NCBI RefSeq assembly: GCF_009914755.1
Contig: NC_060928.1
DNA length: 64,000 nucleotides
Source of the DNA: the human T2T-CHM13v2.0 reference genome, Homo sapiens
Direction: 5' to 3' (one strand)
Both the position numbers and the translations under genes were made by a program. This document shows positions 58,721-64,000 of this stretch, piece after piece; position 1 is the first letter of the stretch, and each line of letters opens with the position of its first letter. The notes beneath the pieces were generated by a model. That model was not told where the DNA came from. It saw only the letters and a program-made list of their open reading frames with translations, and ran no database searches.

Positions 58721-60369
58721 AAAAGTTACACATATTTTCCCTGTAGCATTTCTATACCTAAAGAATAAAAATCTCTTCTTTAACACCTTTAACACCAAGC
58801 TTATCTTCTCCTGAGAAAAATGTTAACCTCTAGTAAGTACTGTTAATTATGAATTTCCATACAAATAACCTGGAAATTTTTGTTTTACAGGGTTCATAGC
58901 TGGGAATATGACAATGGAGAAGGAGATATGCTATACACTGCAAACCCAAAGACAGTGAAATACTCCCGATTCCAATTGCTTCATAATCAGACTTCAGAAC
59001 TGAAAGGTAGACATTCAGGCAGTGATGGTTATGAAAAGGTGATCTCACCCAAACTCAGGTTGGTTTTCTCTGACCAATTTAATAAAAGTTTACTAGCTAG
59101 CTATTTCTGGTCTCAGAATTCTAAGGCCATCATTGTAGGAAAATTTTAAAGTGGCTACTTCAAAGGGGCCTTAGATAAAGATCAAAGTGGAATATAACAG
59201 GAATAGGACACAACTCAAAACTTCCCCTTTATAGTGTGATGAGAGTATTATTGTTGATGTCACGGAATTGTCTTGGCCAATTTGAAAATACTCAAAATAG
59301 AATTCAAAGGGAGTAAAAAAGAACCACAAGACTCAACGTGTTTCACCAAATACTGTGTGATTTCTCCATGACAGTAATGAGAGAGGTAGAAGCTGGGGAG
59401 GAATGCACAGGTAAGGCTGAGCCCTCGGTGACTGCAGGTGAGAAAAAAGTGAGGACAGTGGAGAAAAGCTGCAGTCAGTAGCAGCAAAGCTTGCTAAATA
59501 AGCTACAGTAAAATGCCCCTGGTGCCACAAATCTAAGCCTATCTGGCCTTGTGGAAGATAAAGTTGCAAAAGAATTGTTAAAAGATCAGGGTAATTTGGG
59601 AGAGCGGGGGATAGTTCTTAAAATGGAGATTTCAAAATATGCAAAAATGTACAAAATGTACGAAAGAAAAAATCCTCAGTATCACTACTCTGTTTGCAGA
59701 AGCTAATCCAATCCTCCTGCTTTCCCATAATATTCACCAATTCCTTTTCTCCAGAAACAAGTCTAGGTGTCTCTTGAACTCATCTATTGCTTTTCCCAGT
59801 AATTTATTCCATATGTTTATTATCTCTTTCATGAAATGCTCTCCACTCAGCATGGAAGTAGACAAAGCACACTCGTCAGGCTGACATCTGGCTGTCTCTT
59901 TCAGAAAGCAAAGACCCTTTCAATGCTTCTCTTGGGCCCCCCTTTCACACATCCTGAACTTACTGAGCTACAGATGAAATGTTCTTCCCTGTCCCCCATG
60001 AAAACTCACAACCAAGAGTTTAATGAACCCCATTCCATAAATAAATAGCCCACTACACATTATCCAGACTATCAATTTTATAAAAGCTTAACATGAAATA
60101 CATCACATGTATGTTTCTGTGATATTTTGTCTCCCTTAGGATATAAATTCTTTATAAGGAGAACTTTTTTTACATACAGAGCATAATATGATTATCATGT
60201 TCACCTTATAGAAATCAATTGTTTTCAATTATTCTAATTCCACTAACTTCACAAAAACTCAAACATGTTTGAAACTCAACTTTTTATGCATGCATGCACA
60301 TGTATTTTACATGTAAAATATAATGTATAAAACTATAAATTTTATACAGGTAGATAAATATATATTTAA

Positions 60370-61090
60370 TTACTCTTGTGATTTTTTTCCCTTAACCTTT
60401 GTGTAATTTATAGGTGCTTTTATAATTTTCAGATATCTTTTTGCTATTGATTTCTGAATTAGTTTCATTATGGTCAGATATTTCCTGTATGGTATCAATC
60501 CTCTTAAATTTATTGAGCCTTGTTTAATGGTCCAGAAATATAGTCTAGCTGTTGAATGTTCCATGTGCACTTAAACAGACTCTTCTGTTGTTAGGTGGAA
60601 TGTTCTACTAATGTCAATTAAATCAAGTTGGTTGATAATATTTTTCAGGTATTCTATTTCATTACTAATTTTCTATTTATTTGTCCTATCAATTTCTGAA
60701 AAAAGGATGTTGAGATCTCTGACTAAAATTGTGGGATTTTTCTATTTTCTCTTGTCAGTTCTGTTAATGTTTGCTTCATATACTTACAAGCTCTGTTATT
60801 AGTTACATATACATTTAGGATTGTCATGTCCCCTTGATGAAATGACCCATTTGTCACTATAAAATATCTCTATGTACCTTTCATAATCTTTCTTTTATAA
60901 AATCTATTTTGATTTTAATATAGCCACTTTAGCTTACTTTATGCTTACAGTCAGTTCCTGGCAGACAGCAAACAGTTGCTCTTTATCCAATCTGAAAAAT
61001 CTCTGCCTTTTAATTGGGGGTGTGTAGACTATTTACATTTAATGCAATTATTATTATGTTTAAATTTAAATCTTCTAACTTGCTGTGTAT
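60370..61090 (-). mobile_element. L1M ORF2 (endonuclease-region) fragment
   Basis: ttgttaggtggaatgttctactaatgtcaattaaatcaagttggttgata...agactatttacatttaatg. Confidence 0.75.
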
Positions 61091-62206
61091 TTAAGCAGAT
61101 ATTTATAAATCATGTAAATACTATAGATATCGCACTAGTTTGGTGATTGCACTTACCATTCAAGAAACAAAAGATCTCTTAACACAGAAACCTTTAATTA
61201 AGAGCCAAAGCAACACACTGATGTTCTGAAACACACATTCTTGTCCTTAGCTGGTGCTACAAAGAGATCTTATTTCATTAACTTCAAATAAACTAATACA
61301 TCACTATGCAAAACAAATAAGAAACCATAATAAAAATTCAATGTTTTCATAGAAAGTTCATTCTTCCTTTTCTTTGCACCAAATTATATTTTTAAAATAA
61401 TAATTTCACAAATCAAATCTTGCTAAATGTTAACTCTCTAGACAAATTCAGTGAGACTGCAATCAATGCTCCTTTTGGTAGCATTACTAAATACTTTTGT
61501 TTTTTGCCTCACCCCTTATTCTGCACTATCTGTGTTAGTCAATTATTCCACCATTAAAATAAAAATTTATTTCCCACTTGCTTTTAGGATCATACCTAAA
61601 GCCATGGGGTCATGCTTATAAGTCACCAATTTTTTATTTGCCCATATAACCAAGTATGTACTTTCTCTTAAATTGTCAAACAAGTTTCAAAGTAATTTTT
61701 TTCTTCAAAAAATACAAAAATACCCAGAATTGTGGTATTGAAATGCCATTTCTCACTGAAAGGAATGAAGTCTTTTGAGAAGTATCTGAACTCATGTTTA
61801 AAATGGAAAATGAACAAATTGAACCTGAAGCATCTTGTCATGGAAGCTATCACAACCACTAGCGTTCTGTCAAAGGGCTCAGAGCCAAGTTGGATAAAAG
61901 ATGGTGCAATTTGATCACTAATAAGGTTAATAACTACAAAGTATTGACATATTAAATCCATGAATTTTTAATGATTCAAAAATATACACATTGGCCATTT
62001 TTTGGAAGATGCCAGAAAATGACTTCATTATTTTGAATACTGATAAAGAAAAAGACTTAAATGGGAATCATTTCTTTTCTATAGAAATTATGGCTCAGCA
62101 CAACTCAACAGACAATGATTTCAGACATTTTAACAGAAAATTTTTTATAGAAATATTCCAACTACAAATGCAAAAGGAATACTAGAATTAGAAAATCACT
62201 CTTTTT

Positions 62207-62509
62207 AGCCAGGTTGAATAGCTCATGCTTGTAATTGCAACACTTTGGGAAGCTGAGGTGGGAGGATCACTTGAGGCCAGGAGTCTGAAACCAGCCCTAG
62301 CAAAATGTTGAGACCCTGTCTCATTAAAAAAATGAAAAATTAGCTGGGTATGTTGGCACATACCCATAGTCCTAGCTACTTGGGATGCTGAGGTGGGAGA
62401 ATCCCTTGGGCCCAGGAGTTCGAGGTTACAGTGAGCTATAACTGTGCCACTACACTCCAGCCTGGGTGACAGAGCAAGACCCTATCTCAAAAAAATAAAT
62501 AAATAAAAA
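62207..62509 (+). mobile_element. AluJ-like SINE within old L1M sequence
   Basis: Full dimer. Both flanks begin aaatcactct. Confidence 0.9.
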
Positions 62510-62517
62510 GGAAATCA

Positions 62518-62518
<1 letters not shown>

Positions 62519-62542
<24 letters not shown>
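62519..62542. repeat. (TC)12 microsatellite
   Basis: Read directly from the sequence. Confidence 0.9.
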
Positions 62543-62548
<6 letters not shown>

Positions 62549-63001
62549 GCAATCTGTAATGAATTAATGGTTCCAATCAATGTTTACTAAAGTCAGATAA
62601 AGGAGAGCAAGAGAGAGCAAAAATTAGACATGATGTATCTCCTAACACAAGGTCAAAATTCCCATTATGACATGGGTTTGCCAAAACATGAACTTAGTTT
62701 TGACTAAGCCTCTAACTCTTAACTACCAATTAGAAGGAAATACAAGGAACAGGGGAACACATTAAAAGACACCTTTAGGAATGTAACAACAAAATCTGGA
62801 ATCTGGGAAACTACAGGATAAATTAACTAATTTCTTCAACAACAGAAAAAAAAGAGAGAGAGAGGCAACCTATAAATTAAAGGAAACGTATACATCTCAA
62901 CCAGTTGTAAGACGATGTTTGAATTCTGATTCAAATAAAATAACTGCTAAATATTAAAAACACAATCAGAAAGAGGAAAACACTGGATATCTAGTGATAA
63001 G

Positions 63002-63078
63002 AAATTGCCATTTATTAGATGCAATAATGCTATTGATTTAATAAAAATTGCTATTTATTAGATGCAATAATGGTATTG
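63002..63078. repeat. Tandem duplication, period 43
   Basis: aaattgc(c/t)atttattagatgcaataatg(c/g)tattg twice. Confidence 0.85.
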
Positions 63079-63313
63079 TGGTTATGGTAAATAAAGTCCT
63101 AATTCTTACAGATAAATATTGAAATGCCTGCATATGAAATGATATTCTACCTTGGATTGTCTTCAAGATAATCCTGGTGGTAGGGGGAAGTGGGTAGGAA
63201 TAGGTGCCTTATGCTGATCACTGTGGAGGCTAGTTGGGGATAAATTATTTTGTGAAGCTACTCTAAATACTTTTGCATTTGTTTTTATAATTTTCTGTAA
63301 TAAAAAGATTCTA

Positions 63314-63630
63314 GGCTGGGCACAGTAGCTTACACACCTATAATACCAGCACTTTGGGAGGCCGAGGCAGGTGGATCACTTGAGGTCAGGAGTTCGAGAC
63401 CAGCCTGGCCAACATGGTGAAACCTCATCTCTACTAAAAATACAAAAATTAGCTGAGCATGGTGGTGCACACTTGTAATCCCAGCTACTCAGGAGGCTGA
63501 GGCAGGAGAATCACTTGAACCCAGGAGGCAGAGGTTGCAGGGAGCCAAGATCGTGCCACTGCACTCCAGCTTGGGATACAGAGTAAGGGGATACAGAGTA
63601 AGAGGCTCCATCTCAAATAAACAAACAAAA
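63314..63630 (+). mobile_element. AluS-like SINE with a 15-bp internal tandem duplication (63573-63602)
   Basis: gggatacagagtaag twice near the 3' end. Confidence 0.9.
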
Positions 63631-64000
63631 TTCTAAAATCTAAATTCTGCTCTCTCATTGTATTTAAACTAAATGAAAAAGAAATTGGAAGAAGTTCATT
63701 AAATAATCTTGTTGGTGACAATTTTATAATATGTAATGGAAAGAACAGAAAGAAAAATGAAGAGCTATGAAAAAGTGGATAAATAAGGCTTCACAACTTG
63801 GAAATATGCCATTTTCCTGGTTTTAAAGAGTGTAAAATGACCCTAGGAAGAGCTCTGGCACTTGCCCTTAAGGATGGTTCTCCCAAGGAAACAGAAGGTA
63901 AAGATATTAAATAAAACCCCACATCCTCTTCTGCAAACTTTAATGTACCAAGCAGCAGCTTTTCCTTTTAAATACACTTCTTTTATGAAACCGATCAATT

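Overview
This is AT-rich, CpG-depleted primate (most likely human) intronic DNA from the membrane collagen gene COL25A1, which is transcribed on the - strand. Only two coding exons are visible. One is a 45-nt Gly-X-Y exon (8235-8279, GPPGKRGKRGRRGES) and the other is an 8-nt microexon (6268-6275). The rest is intron, filled with Alu, L1, L2, MIR, Tigger/MER DNA transposons, a solo LTR and microsatellites. Five things stand out. (1) A decayed, intronless copy of MIA3/TANGO1 (about 10130-11750, + strand) is joined directly to an old L1 ORF1 fragment. (2) Two CpG-bearing 37-38 nt cassettes, ATGAC-N13/14-TCGAACATCGCTAYTTAGA (13706 and 14987), appear to interrupt unrelated repeats. (3) The basic collagen exon contains an in-frame cryptic donor. 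(4) Two Alu pairs share private variants, which looks like gene conversion. (5) An L1PA has a twin-primed 5' inversion. Gene and repeat names come from my recall of the sequences and were not checked against any database. Repeat boundaries are approximate unless a target site duplication (TSD) is given.
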